Positions 1-8,609 of a stretch of 55,617 bases of DNA are shown in pieces. This DNA comes from an uncultured Syntrophus sp. (GTDB lineage Bacteria; Desulfobacterota; Syntrophia; Syntrophales; UBA5619). Below the pieces are notes generated by a model. That model was not told the origin of the DNA. It made no database searches and worked only from the letters and a program-made list of their open reading frames with translations. The translations under genes and the position numbers were made by a program. Numbering within the stretch: position 1 is the first letter of the stretch; each line of letters starts with the position of its first letter. The stretch spans positions 1 to 55,617 of the forward strand of contig CAZINF010000003.1 in assembly GCA_964540555.1 (NCBI GenBank), given 5' to 3'.

Positions 1-136
1 TCCCGGAGACGGGTCCGATGCCGGGGAGCACCCCGACCAGCGTCCCGATGAAACAACCCACCAGGGCCCAGAAGAGATTCTGGAATGTCAGAGCGGTGGC
101 AAAGCCCTGGAAGAGATAGTCAAAGGAAAACCCCAT
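1..136 (-). CDS. tctA: TctA-family large permease of a tripartite tricarboxylate transporter, N-terminal fragment (gene runs off the window edge)
   Basis: Hand translation of the minus strand from the ATG at 136-134 gives [45 protein letters not shown]. This has the G-x-LPG-x-G N-terminal pattern also seen in the complete TctA at 23584-25122. It starts 9 nt after the tctB stop. Confidence 0.7.
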   Translation of the reverse strand, partial: MGFSFDYLFQGFATALTFQNLFWALVGCFIGTLVGVLPGIGPVSG

Positions 137-145
137 GGTGACCCC

Positions 146-673
146 CTACTCAAACAGAAAACCCGAGGGGAAGGAGAGCCCCAGCAGGCGAATAAACAGA
201 ATGTATGAGACGACCGCGGTGATAAAGCTGATCACTATCGCCATCAGCCATTTTGACCGCTTCAGATACCAGATCGAAAAGGCGATGTAGGCAAATGTGG
301 CGAGCGGGAGCCCAAGCGGGTTCATAAGGGCGATGTAGCACCCCAGGCTCGCGAGCGTGACCAGGATCGTCCGGAACCCCTCCCCATCAGGCCATTTGAT
401 CGCGAGATCCGCCTCCCGTATGCTCCAGGATTTCAGGGCCAGTCCGCTTCCGCATATGAGGAGCAGGATGCCGACGGCCATGGGAAAGGTCCGGGGAGGC
501 AGGCGATGTGCGGCCCCTCCCGTGATGAACATCGACGCGGACATGATGAAAATGCCGAACAGGGCGATAAAACATCCCACGGCGATATCGGCAACTCTTT
601 GAGTCTTCACAACCACCTCCTGGTGCACTGAGTTTTTTCGAGGACGGCGCCTCCTGAGGTTTGAATCCGCCAT
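146..673 (-). CDS. tctB: TctB-family small membrane subunit of a tripartite tricarboxylate transporter
   Basis: 175-aa ORF with about four hydrophobic segments, lying immediately upstream of the TctA fragment. Size and topology match TctB. No tctC is adjacent. Confidence 0.6.
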   Translation of the reverse strand: MADSNLRRRRPRKNSVHQEVVVKTQRVADIAVGCFIALFGIFIMSASMFITGGAAHRLPPRTFPMAVGILLLICGSGLALKSWSIREADLAIKWPDGEGFRTILVTLASLGCYIALMNPLGLPLATFAYIAFSIWYLKRSKWLMAIVISFITAVVSYILFIRLLGLSFPSGFLFE

Positions 674-879
674 TGCTATGGCAGATCGACAACACTCGCC
701 CTAATCTCGCCAAGATGGGCAATATCAGCGACTGCGCATGTAGCATTAATTCAAGGTGATCGCAAGGATATTGCCAATTGCCAAAGGCAATGCTATTCGC
801 CTGTCCGGCAAGACGCCCCGTGCATTACAGCCTTGCCACGGCGCTCGCTCTCCAAGTCCGGCGATGACGCCGACGGTTT

Positions 880-2790
880 CTATGCCTCCTGCAGGAGCTT
901 TTCGACCAGTTTCACCCCGCCGCCGGCGTCGTGGGCGTAGCCGTCCGCGCCGATGTCGCGGGCATACTTCTCGTTCACCGGCGCGCCCCCGACCATCACC
1001 TTCACCACGTCGCGCAATCCCGCACCCGCCAGCGCCTCGATCACCTGCTTCATCTGCGGCATCGTCGTCGTCAACAGCGCGGACAAACCCAATATCTCCG
1101 GCCGAAACTCCTTCACCATCTGGACGAATTTAGCAACGGGCACATCGACGCCGAGATCCTTCACCTCGTACCCCACCCCCCGGAGCATCGTGATCACCAG
1201 GTTCTTCCCGATGTCGTGCATGTCGCCCTTCACCGTCCCGATCATCACCCGGCCTTTTGCCCCCGCCTGCCCGACCGTCAGGTAAGGCTCCAGCGCCGAT
1301 ACCGCCTCGTTCATCACCCGCGCCGACAAGAGCACCTCCGGGATGAACGCCTCCCCGCTCCGGAATCGCTCCCCGATCACCTCCATCGCCGAGAGCAACC
1401 CCCGCTGCAAGATGTCATCCGCCTTTGCCCCGCGCTCCAAGAGCTCAAGAATGTGCCCCCGAACCGATACCTGATCCCCGCCCAGAACGTCGTCCTGCAC
1501 CTGGCGGAACTGCTCATCCCTCTCCGGCTCAGCCGAACCACGTTTCTCTACCCCGCTCACCGCCGACGGCGTCACCGGGCGAAACGCACCCCCCTCCAGC
1601 GGCAGACGCCCCTCTTTTTCCACCCGCTCCCCGATCCGCACCAGTCTCTCGAAAACCGCCTGCGGGGGGGTAGTGTCGGCGATCCCCAGGATCATCCTCG
1701 TCCCCGGGGCCACCGCCTTGAACAGGTGGTCCAGGTACCCTTCGAACTCCTCGTCCGTCGTCGACTCCCGCAAGAGCAAGGTCGAGGGGATCCCCCCGAA
1801 GATCGTCAGCGTGTCCGCCCACCGGCGGTAATACTCCTCGATCGTCACCTTTGTCATCGGCGCCGGGCAGACCGCTTCGGCCACGTGCATCCCCGAGTCC
1901 CGGATCAGGTCCATCAACCCTTCGTTCTCTCCGTCGCAATGGCAAGAGACGTATTTCCCGCACGCCCCGAGACGCTCGGCAGCCCTGCGGATCCAGGGGA
2001 GAAGCTCTTTTTCAAAATAGGGGGGGTAGGTGATCATCTCATCGTAGTTTCCCCCCCAGTGGACCATTTCGGCGGGCGAGGCGGCGGTCAACTGCAGGCC
2101 CTTGTCGTAGAACGGCGCCATGCTCTCGGCCAGGCCCCGCATCTCTTTTTGATAATCGCTGTAATGAAAGTAAAACTCCGTGGCATCGAGAAACTGCTTC
2201 TGGATGTGGTGAATCGGCGAAGCGCAGCCGGTGAAGTATGCCGTCGCAATCCCGTCCTCGCCGATCTCCTGCTGCAGCCGCTCGAACTCTTCATAACGGG
2301 GAGCCAGGTCCGTGTTTTCGAACAGGCAGGCCACGATCGCGTAATCCTCACGCTTTTTGATGACTTTTTTGGCTATCCAGGGGATGGAGATGCCGGCCTT
2401 TTTCATCTCCTCGCTGTATACGGTGACGGTCCGCACCATCCCCTTGGGCGTATGGTATTCAACAGTTGTGCGCCCCTCTTCCCGCTGGATGCGGATCTCC
2501 ACCTTCGGCGAAAAAACGACGCGGACGACCTGCTCCCTGAGGGAGAAAATTCCCAGCGCGCGGTGGAGCATCGCGTCCGGTTCCGGTTGGTTGGCAAAAT
2601 CGGGAACGGCTTTGTGTAAAGCCCATCCCTCGGCGCGGCAGATCTGGTCCGGACTCTTCCCCCTGTGCCTCTCCGGCAGGGTATGGGCGAGGGCGTTGGC
2701 GTTGTGCCACAGATCCAGTCTCGGAACGTAGGGGAGGCGATCGGCCATCTCGCCTTGGATCGCCTTGAGGATTCGTTCTTTATGTGTCAT
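880..2790 (-). CDS. Bifunctional methyltransferase/corrinoid-binding protein (URO-D/MtaA-like barrel fused to a C-terminal cobalamin-binding domain; CmuA-like architecture), paralog 1
   Basis: 636-aa ORF. The N-terminal part resembles uroporphyrinogen-decarboxylase-fold methyltransferases (MTHKERILKAIQGEMADRLPYVPR, SCHCDGENEGLMDLIRDSGMHVAEAV). The C-terminal ~210 aa carry the B12-binding motifs DxHxxG (GDMHDIGKN), SxL (LGLSALL) and GG (MVGGAP). Confidence 0.8.
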   Translation of the reverse strand: MTHKERILKAIQGEMADRLPYVPRLDLWHNANALAHTLPERHRGKSPDQICRAEGWALHKAVPDFANQPEPDAMLHRALGIFSLREQVVRVVFSPKVEIRIQREEGRTTVEYHTPKGMVRTVTVYSEEMKKAGISIPWIAKKVIKKREDYAIVACLFENTDLAPRYEEFERLQQEIGEDGIATAYFTGCASPIHHIQKQFLDATEFYFHYSDYQKEMRGLAESMAPFYDKGLQLTAASPAEMVHWGGNYDEMITYPPYFEKELLPWIRRAAERLGACGKYVSCHCDGENEGLMDLIRDSGMHVAEAVCPAPMTKVTIEEYYRRWADTLTIFGGIPSTLLLRESTTDEEFEGYLDHLFKAVAPGTRMILGIADTTPPQAVFERLVRIGERVEKEGRLPLEGGAFRPVTPSAVSGVEKRGSAEPERDEQFRQVQDDVLGGDQVSVRGHILELLERGAKADDILQRGLLSAMEVIGERFRSGEAFIPEVLLSARVMNEAVSALEPYLTVGQAGAKGRVMIGTVKGDMHDIGKNLVITMLRGVGYEVKDLGVDVPVAKFVQMVKEFRPEILGLSALLTTTMPQMKQVIEALAGAGLRDVVKVMVGGAPVNEKYARDIGADGYAHDAGGGVKLVEKLLQEA

Positions 2791-2866
2791 TGGGAAAAGC
2801 CTCCTTCTGTCTGTTTGCCCCGTTTTGCCGCGCTAAAGACGGATAGGGTAAACGATCGACTGCAAA

Positions 2867-3853
2867 TCAGTTTACGGGATAATGGCAGCTCAGCCAATGA
2901 TCCGGTTCGATTTCAACAAACTCCGGCGCAACCCGTTCGCACTCCCCACGGCGATAGGGACAGCGGGGGTGAAAGACGCACCCCGAAGGGGGGTTGATCG
3001 GCGACGGGACGTCCCCGGGCAGGATGATCTTTTGTTTCAGGATCTTGGGATCCGGCATGGGGACGGACGAAAGCAGGGCCTCCGTGTAGGGATGGCGGGG
3101 CCGCTCGTAAATATTCCCGACCCCCGCCAGTTCCATCACCTTGCCCAGGTACATCACGGCCACCCGGTCGCTCATGTACTCCACCACGCGCAAATCGTGC
3201 GCAATGAACAGGTACGTGAGCTGGAACTCCTTCTGAAGATCCCGCAGCAGGTTGAGGACCTGCGCCTGGATCGATACATCGAGGGCCGATACCGGTTCGT
3301 CGGCGATGATCAGGCGGGGACGCAGGACAAGGGTGCGGGCGATGGCGATACGCTGGCGTTGTCCCCCGCTGAACTGGTGGGGATAGCGCTTCATGTCTTC
3401 CGGACGGAACCCCACCCGGGCAAGGACTTCCGCCACCCGGTCGCGAATCTCCCCCCGGGATCGGCACAGCTTGTGAATCCGCAGAGGCTCGGCGACGATC
3501 CGCTCTACACTCATCCGGGTGTCCAGGGCGGCGTAGGGGTCCTGAAAGATCACGGTCATCTTCTGTCTGAGCGGGTGCATCTCCGCATCGCTGAGGGCAA
3601 GGATGTCTTTCCCCTCGAACCGGACCCGGCCTGCCGTCGGTTCGATGAGCCTCAGCAGCATTCGTCCCACCGTGGTCTTGCCGCAACCGCTCTCCCCCAC
3701 CAGCCCCAGGACCTCGCCGGTATGAATCTTGAAGCTGACCCCGTCCACGGCATGGACGCACCCCACAGGCCGGGAAAAGACTCCTCCCCGGAGGGGAAAA
3801 TCTTTTTTCAGGTTCTCCACTTCGAGAAGCGGTTCGGTGCGATTAACAGACAT
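2867..3853 (-). CDS. ABC transporter ATP-binding protein, OppF/DppF type
   Basis: 328-aa ORF with Walker A (GESGCGKTT), the ABC signature (FSGGQRQR), Walker B (LIIADEP) and the Cys-rich oligopeptide-type C-terminal extension. Confidence 0.9.
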   Translation of the reverse strand: MSVNRTEPLLEVENLKKDFPLRGGVFSRPVGCVHAVDGVSFKIHTGEVLGLVGESGCGKTTVGRMLLRLIEPTAGRVRFEGKDILALSDAEMHPLRQKMTVIFQDPYAALDTRMSVERIVAEPLRIHKLCRSRGEIRDRVAEVLARVGFRPEDMKRYPHQFSGGQRQRIAIARTLVLRPRLIIADEPVSALDVSIQAQVLNLLRDLQKEFQLTYLFIAHDLRVVEYMSDRVAVMYLGKVMELAGVGNIYERPRHPYTEALLSSVPMPDPKILKQKIILPGDVPSPINPPSGCVFHPRCPYRRGECERVAPEFVEIEPDHWLSCHYPVN

Positions 3854-3918
3854 TTTCCACTCGTCGAGATATTTGGCAATCGCGATCCCTCAAGTTACAC
3901 AAAGGTCTCTTATCTCCC

Positions 3919-4911
3919 TTAAGTTCCATAGAGCCAGCAGGCCGCCTGGCGGCCGGAAGCGGGCACGAACAGGCCCGGGGTCTTTTCCCCGCAAACATCC
4001 ATCTTCCTGGAACAGCGCGGATGAAAGGGACAGCCCAACGGCATGTTCGTCAGTGCGGGAACCATCCCCTTGATCTCGCTCAGCCTCGATTTCTCCCGGA
4101 TGGCTCTGTCCGACGGGATGCTCCCCAGGAGCCCCAGGGTATAAGGGTGGCAGGGGTTTTCAAAAATATCGGCCACCGGCGCCTGCTCCACTATCCTTCC
4201 GGCATACATCACGATCACCCGGCGGGCGGTTTCGGCGATCACCCCCAGGTCATGGGTGATGAACATGATCGCCGTCCCGAATTTGCGCTTCAACTCATTC
4301 ATCAGCTCCAGGATCTGCGCCTGGATCGTCACATCCAGGGCGGTGGTCGGTTCGTCGGCGATCAGCAGACTGGGGTTGCAGGAGAGGGCCATGGCAATCA
4401 TCACCCGCTGACGCATCCCTCCGCTCATCTGGTGCGGATACTCGTGGAAACGCCGCTCCGGAGAGGCGATCCCCACTTCCCCCAGCATCGCCACCGCCCG
4501 TTCGCGGGTCGCGGACCGGGACAGGTCCTGATGCAGGCGGATCGCCTCGACGATCTGGTCTCCCACCGAATAGACCGGGTTAAGCGAGGTCATCGGTTCC
4601 TGGAAGATCATGCCGATTTCGCAGCCGCGGACGGAGCGCATCTCTCTGCCGGTGAGCGCTGTCAGCTCCCGCCCCTTGAACCAGATCCTTCCCCCCGCGA
4701 TCCGTCCGGGCGGGGACGGGAACAGCCGCATGATGGAGAGGGCGGTCACGCTCTTGCCGCAGCCCGATTCGCCCACCACCCCGAGGGTCTCTCCTCCCTG
4801 AATCTCAAAATCGATCCCGTCGACGGCCCTGGCCACCCCCCGAGCGGTATCGAAATAAGTTTTCAGCCCCTCTACCTTGAGAAAGACGGGCGGTTCACTC
4901 GTTTGGGTCAA
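3919..4911 (-). CDS. ABC transporter ATP-binding protein, OppD/DppD type
   Basis: 330-aa ORF with Walker A (GESGCGKS), the signature MSGGMRQR, Walker B (LLIADEPTT) and the C-terminal CPFHPRC motif. Confidence 0.9.
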   Translation of the reverse strand: MTQTSEPPVFLKVEGLKTYFDTARGVARAVDGIDFEIQGGETLGVVGESGCGKSVTALSIMRLFPSPPGRIAGGRIWFKGRELTALTGREMRSVRGCEIGMIFQEPMTSLNPVYSVGDQIVEAIRLHQDLSRSATRERAVAMLGEVGIASPERRFHEYPHQMSGGMRQRVMIAMALSCNPSLLIADEPTTALDVTIQAQILELMNELKRKFGTAIMFITHDLGVIAETARRVIVMYAGRIVEQAPVADIFENPCHPYTLGLLGSIPSDRAIREKSRLSEIKGMVPALTNMPLGCPFHPRCSRKMDVCGEKTPGLFVPASGRQAACWLYGT

Positions 4912-4931
4912 CTATCGTCCTCCTGTCGTTT

Positions 4932-5879
4932 TCAGGTATGGCGGATTCGCGGGTCCAGAAAGGAGTAGCTGATGTCGGCCAGCAGGTTGAGAAAGGTCAC
5001 CGCCAGCGCCACCAGCAGCACCCCCGTCTGGAGCACAGGGAAGTCGTTGAAGAGGACCGCGTTCATGAGCAACCGGCCGATCCCCGGCAATGAAAAGACC
5101 ACCTCGATAATCACGATGCCGCCGATGAGACGGCCGATCCGCATCCCCAACAGGGTCACCACCGGAATGAGGGCGTTTCGCAGGACGTGACGGATGATCA
5201 CCTGGAACTCGGGAACCCCCTTGGCCCGCGCCGTCTGGACAAATTCCTCGTTGAGCACCTCCAGCATTGACGAACGGAGCTGCCGCATGATCTCCGCCGC
5301 AACCACCGAACCCAGGGAGATCGCCGGCAGGATCATGCCCTTGAGATTGCCGACCAGGTTTTCCCCTGGCGAGACATACCCCGACGAGGGAAGCCATCCC
5401 AGCCAGATCGAAAAGACCAGGATGAGGACCATCCCCAGGAAGAACTGCGGCATGGCGACGCCGCTCACGGCGATCACCGTTCCGGCGGTGTCCACCCAGG
5501 TGTTCGGACGGAGGGCGGAAAAGATCCCCATCGGAATCGCGATCAACAGGGCAAAGAGAATCCCCAGACCTAAAAGCTCCAGGGTAACGGGGAGCCTCTG
5601 GCCGAAGAGGGTCAGGACATGGACGCGGGTCCGGATGGAGATCCCGAAGTCGCCGCTGACGAGCGCCCCCAGCCATTTGAAGTACTGGACCACGATGGGT
5701 TTGTCCAGACCCAGCTCTTGACGGAGGTTCTGGATCATCGCCTCGCTGGCCCCTTCCGACCCGACAATAGAGAGCGACGGATCGCCCGGAAGCACCATGG
5801 AGAGGGTAAAGGAGATCAGGCTGACGACAAACAGCGTAATTAAGGTTTGCAAAATTCGTCTGATGAGAAAGGCTTTCAA
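4932..5879 (-). CDS. ABC transporter permease, OppB/DppB type
   Basis: 315-aa multi-TM ORF. The N-terminus MKAFLIRRILQTLITLFVVSLISF...LPGDP is typical of DppB/OppB permeases. Confidence 0.85.
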   Translation of the reverse strand: MKAFLIRRILQTLITLFVVSLISFTLSMVLPGDPSLSIVGSEGASEAMIQNLRQELGLDKPIVVQYFKWLGALVSGDFGISIRTRVHVLTLFGQRLPVTLELLGLGILFALLIAIPMGIFSALRPNTWVDTAGTVIAVSGVAMPQFFLGMVLILVFSIWLGWLPSSGYVSPGENLVGNLKGMILPAISLGSVVAAEIMRQLRSSMLEVLNEEFVQTARAKGVPEFQVIIRHVLRNALIPVVTLLGMRIGRLIGGIVIIEVVFSLPGIGRLLMNAVLFNDFPVLQTGVLLVALAVTFLNLLADISYSFLDPRIRHT

Positions 5880-5914
5880 TAGCGCTCCTTAACGCTGGAT
5901 CCCGTTTCTATGCA

Positions 5915-6742
5915 CTATGCACTTTGACTGAGCTGCTTGGGGTCGAGGATCAACCTCAGCCAGTCTCCGAGGACGGAGAAGGCGACAGTCGTCACATAGA
6001 TCCCCACCCCCGGCATCACCGAAAGCCAGGGGGCCCGTTCCAGCCATTTATAGCCCGTCTGGATCATAACCCCCCAGCTTGGGGTAGGCGGCTGGATCCC
6101 CACCCCCAAAAAGCTCAGGCTGCTTTCCAGGACGATCGCCGTTCCCACGGTGAGGGTGGCCTGAACGATGAGAGGCGCGGCCAGGTTGGGCAGCACATGG
6201 GTGAACAAAAGCCGGGCCGGCTTGCACCCAAAGGCCTTGGCAGCCATGATGAAGTCCCGCTCCAGGATCGAGAGGGCCTGGCCGTACACCAGCCGGGCGA
6301 ACAGCGGGCTGTAGACGACGGCGATGGCCACAATCACCGTCACGATACCCGGCCTCATGCTGGCCGAGAGGGCCAGCGCCAGGAGGATCATCGGAAAGGC
6401 CCAGATGGCGTCGACGATGCGCATGATGAGGGCCTGGATCGGTTTGAAATAGGCCGCCGCCAAACCCATCACCGTCCCCAGAAGGAGGGCGAAAAAAACA
6501 GAGACGAGGCCAACCACAAATGAGATCCGGGCCCCGGTCACGAAGCGGCTGAAAACGTCCCTGCCCAGATCGTCTGTCCCGAAGAGGTTCTTCCAACCGG
6601 GCGGATCCAGGGGCATAAACTGGACCGCCAGGGGATCGTATGGAGCGAGCCGGCTTTCCAGAATCGCAAAGACCGCCAGAATCAGCAGCGCCAGGATACT
6701 CAACCAGATCGATGCCCGCAGGGGAAATTTCATCTTCCTCAC
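5915..6742 (-). CDS. ABC transporter permease, OppC/DppC type
   Basis: 275-aa multi-TM ORF. The motif FGTDDLGRDVFSR is typical of DppC/OppC permeases. It sits before the B-type permease, an unusual order. Confidence 0.85.
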   Translation of the reverse strand: MRKMKFPLRASIWLSILALLILAVFAILESRLAPYDPLAVQFMPLDPPGWKNLFGTDDLGRDVFSRFVTGARISFVVGLVSVFFALLLGTVMGLAAAYFKPIQALIMRIVDAIWAFPMILLALALSASMRPGIVTVIVAIAVVYSPLFARLVYGQALSILERDFIMAAKAFGCKPARLLFTHVLPNLAAPLIVQATLTVGTAIVLESSLSFLGVGIQPPTPSWGVMIQTGYKWLERAPWLSVMPGVGIYVTTVAFSVLGDWLRLILDPKQLSQSA

Positions 6743-6805
6743 CAGAGAAAACAGCAGGGAAGGCGTCCTTCGATGCTCCCTGAATCACCTTCCCATCCCG
6801 CAGGA

Positions 6806-8383
6806 TCAGGCCAACCAGACCTCGCTTCCCACCAGCGAGCGCCAGTTGTTCCGCAACCCTTTGACTTTTTTGTGCGTCCCCGCGGCATGGGTAAGGGCTG
6901 TCGCAGAAGTGAGGAGCGCCTGATCGTAGACGATCTTGAGCGCCCCCTTCATCAGTTCGTGGCGTTTCGCCTCGCTGGAGGCCTCATTGTGTTCGTCGAG
7001 GATCCGGTCGAGCTGGGGTACGGAGATGTTGGACCAGTTCCCGGGCTCCTTGCTGGCAAGTCTAAACCGGTTGAAGCCGCCGATGTTGGTCGCCGCCTGC
7101 CAGAATCCGATCTCGAAGTCGTCCTTCTTCATGCTCTGGATCCACTCCAGACGCTCGGTCGCCTTCAGTTCCGTCTTGATCCCCACCGCATCCCACATCG
7201 CTTTGAGGAGTTCGCCGTAGGTGGTATCCGGCTCCCGGGAGATGACCGAGACACGGACCGTCACCCCCTTGGGATAGGCGGCATTGACCAGCTCTTTGGC
7301 CTTCTGGGGATTGTAGGTGTAATCGGGCCAGTCCTTGGGCGACCAGCCGGGCTGTCCCTGCGCGATATAGGGGTACTGGTGGGGGCGGGAGACGCCGAAA
7401 CCGGTGATCTTGGCAAAGCGGACCCGGTCGATCGCATAGCAGCAGGCGCGGCGCAGCTCCAGGCTGGTGAAAGGCCCCTTGCGCGGGTTGAACCCGCAGC
7501 ACACGTCCTGAAACTCGAAGGGGGGCATCTCTATATAGAGGAGGTCGGGGCTCTCCTTGATCCTGGAAACCTCGCGAGGGGGAGGGAAATGGACGGTGTC
7601 CAGCCCGCCGGAACGGAGGTCCAGAACCGCCTGGTCGATCTTCGGCCGGTAGTGCTCTTCCATCCCGTCCAGGTAGGGAAGGGCCTTGCCGTCGACCCCC
7701 TGCTTCCAGTAGTCGGGAAACCGCTCCATGACGACCTTCTCGTCAACGATCCAGTTCTTGTAGCGGAAGGCCCCGGTGCCGCAGCCTTTGCGGGCCAGCT
7801 CGTCGTCGCCGTGTTTTTCCTGGAAGCTCTTCGAAACCATTCCCGCCTGGCCACGGGCGGTGGAGAGGGTATAGATCAGACCCGCCGAAGGGTGCTTCAG
7901 GTTGATGGAGATCGTCTGTTCGTTGAGCACATCGACGCTCTCGATCTCTTTGAGATCCTGGGCCAGGAAAGATTTGGGATGCAGGCGCAGCCGGTCGAGG
8001 TTCCATTTGGCCGCCGCCGCGTCGAGCCTGCTGCCGTCGTGGAATTGAACCCCTTTGCGGAGGGTGAAGAGCAGCCGCTTGTCGCTCTTCTCCGCACGCC
8101 ACTCGGTGGCCAAGCTGGGGACCAGTTTGAATTCGGAGGTTTTCGGATCGATGATCACATCGACGAGGCAGTCGTACATCCCTCCGATGCAGGTGAAGGT
8201 CTCGCTGACCCGATGGGCGTCCAGACTGGGAGTGGTACGGTTCCGGGCATAGCGCCAGATACCGCCCCGTTTCACCGGTTCGGCGGCCCAGGTTGAAATG
8301 AACGGGCTCCCCGCGAAGGCCAGCGCCGCGGTCCCCACGACCGTTCCCTTGACAAACTCCCTTCTGGTCAATCCTTTCGACAT
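6806..8383 (-). CDS. ABC transporter substrate-binding protein, family 5 (Opp/Dpp/Nik type), with twin-arginine-like signal peptide
   Basis: 525-aa ORF with the leader MSKGLTRREFVKGTVVGTAALAFAG. Length and sequence are typical of SBP_bac_5 proteins. It is the first gene of the transporter block. Confidence 0.85.
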   Translation of the reverse strand: MSKGLTRREFVKGTVVGTAALAFAGSPFISTWAAEPVKRGGIWRYARNRTTPSLDAHRVSETFTCIGGMYDCLVDVIIDPKTSEFKLVPSLATEWRAEKSDKRLLFTLRKGVQFHDGSRLDAAAAKWNLDRLRLHPKSFLAQDLKEIESVDVLNEQTISINLKHPSAGLIYTLSTARGQAGMVSKSFQEKHGDDELARKGCGTGAFRYKNWIVDEKVVMERFPDYWKQGVDGKALPYLDGMEEHYRPKIDQAVLDLRSGGLDTVHFPPPREVSRIKESPDLLYIEMPPFEFQDVCCGFNPRKGPFTSLELRRACCYAIDRVRFAKITGFGVSRPHQYPYIAQGQPGWSPKDWPDYTYNPQKAKELVNAAYPKGVTVRVSVISREPDTTYGELLKAMWDAVGIKTELKATERLEWIQSMKKDDFEIGFWQAATNIGGFNRFRLASKEPGNWSNISVPQLDRILDEHNEASSEAKRHELMKGALKIVYDQALLTSATALTHAAGTHKKVKGLRNNWRSLVGSEVWLA

Positions 8384-8430
8384 GGCATCCTCCTTGTTGA
8401 CTTCTTTTTGTCATTCCGTGCTTGACTAAG

Positions 8431-8512
8431 CCTGCCCCGGACCTGATCCGGGGAATCCAGTGAGTGCAATGGGTTCTGGACCCCGGCGCCTGCCCCGGAC
8501 ACCGATCCGGGG
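8431..8512 (-). repeat. Two tandem copies of a ~24-nt hairpin-forming unit (CCTGCCCCGGA-N5/6-TCCGGGG), REP-like intergenic element
   Basis: Copy 1 at 8431-8453 is cctgccccggacctgatccgggg. Copy 2 at 8489-8512 is cctgccccggacaccgatccgggg. Each has a 7-bp stem CCCCGGA/TCCGGGG. They lie between paralog 2 and the SBP gene. Confidence 0.6.
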
Positions 8513-8609
8513 TCCACCGGAGTGACGGGTTTACGTGGCCGTCAATCCTGTCCTTTTCTCATTTCGCAGTGGAGGAGCCCCGGCCTCCATTGTCGAGACG
8601 CTCGAATCC

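Noticed and set aside
931-2619. Very long ORFs antisense to well-supported genes. This 562-aa one is an example; others are 6773-8296, 8535-10244, 19029-20270, 21924-22994, 23646-25208, 33169-34665, 34265-35644, 41532-42710, 43189-44175, 44165-45100 and 52597-54330.
   Set aside because: Their translations are Arg/Pro/Gly/His-rich and low in complexity, with no recognisable motifs. They lie opposite genes with strong family signatures. This is the usual shadow-ORF effect of high-GC DNA.
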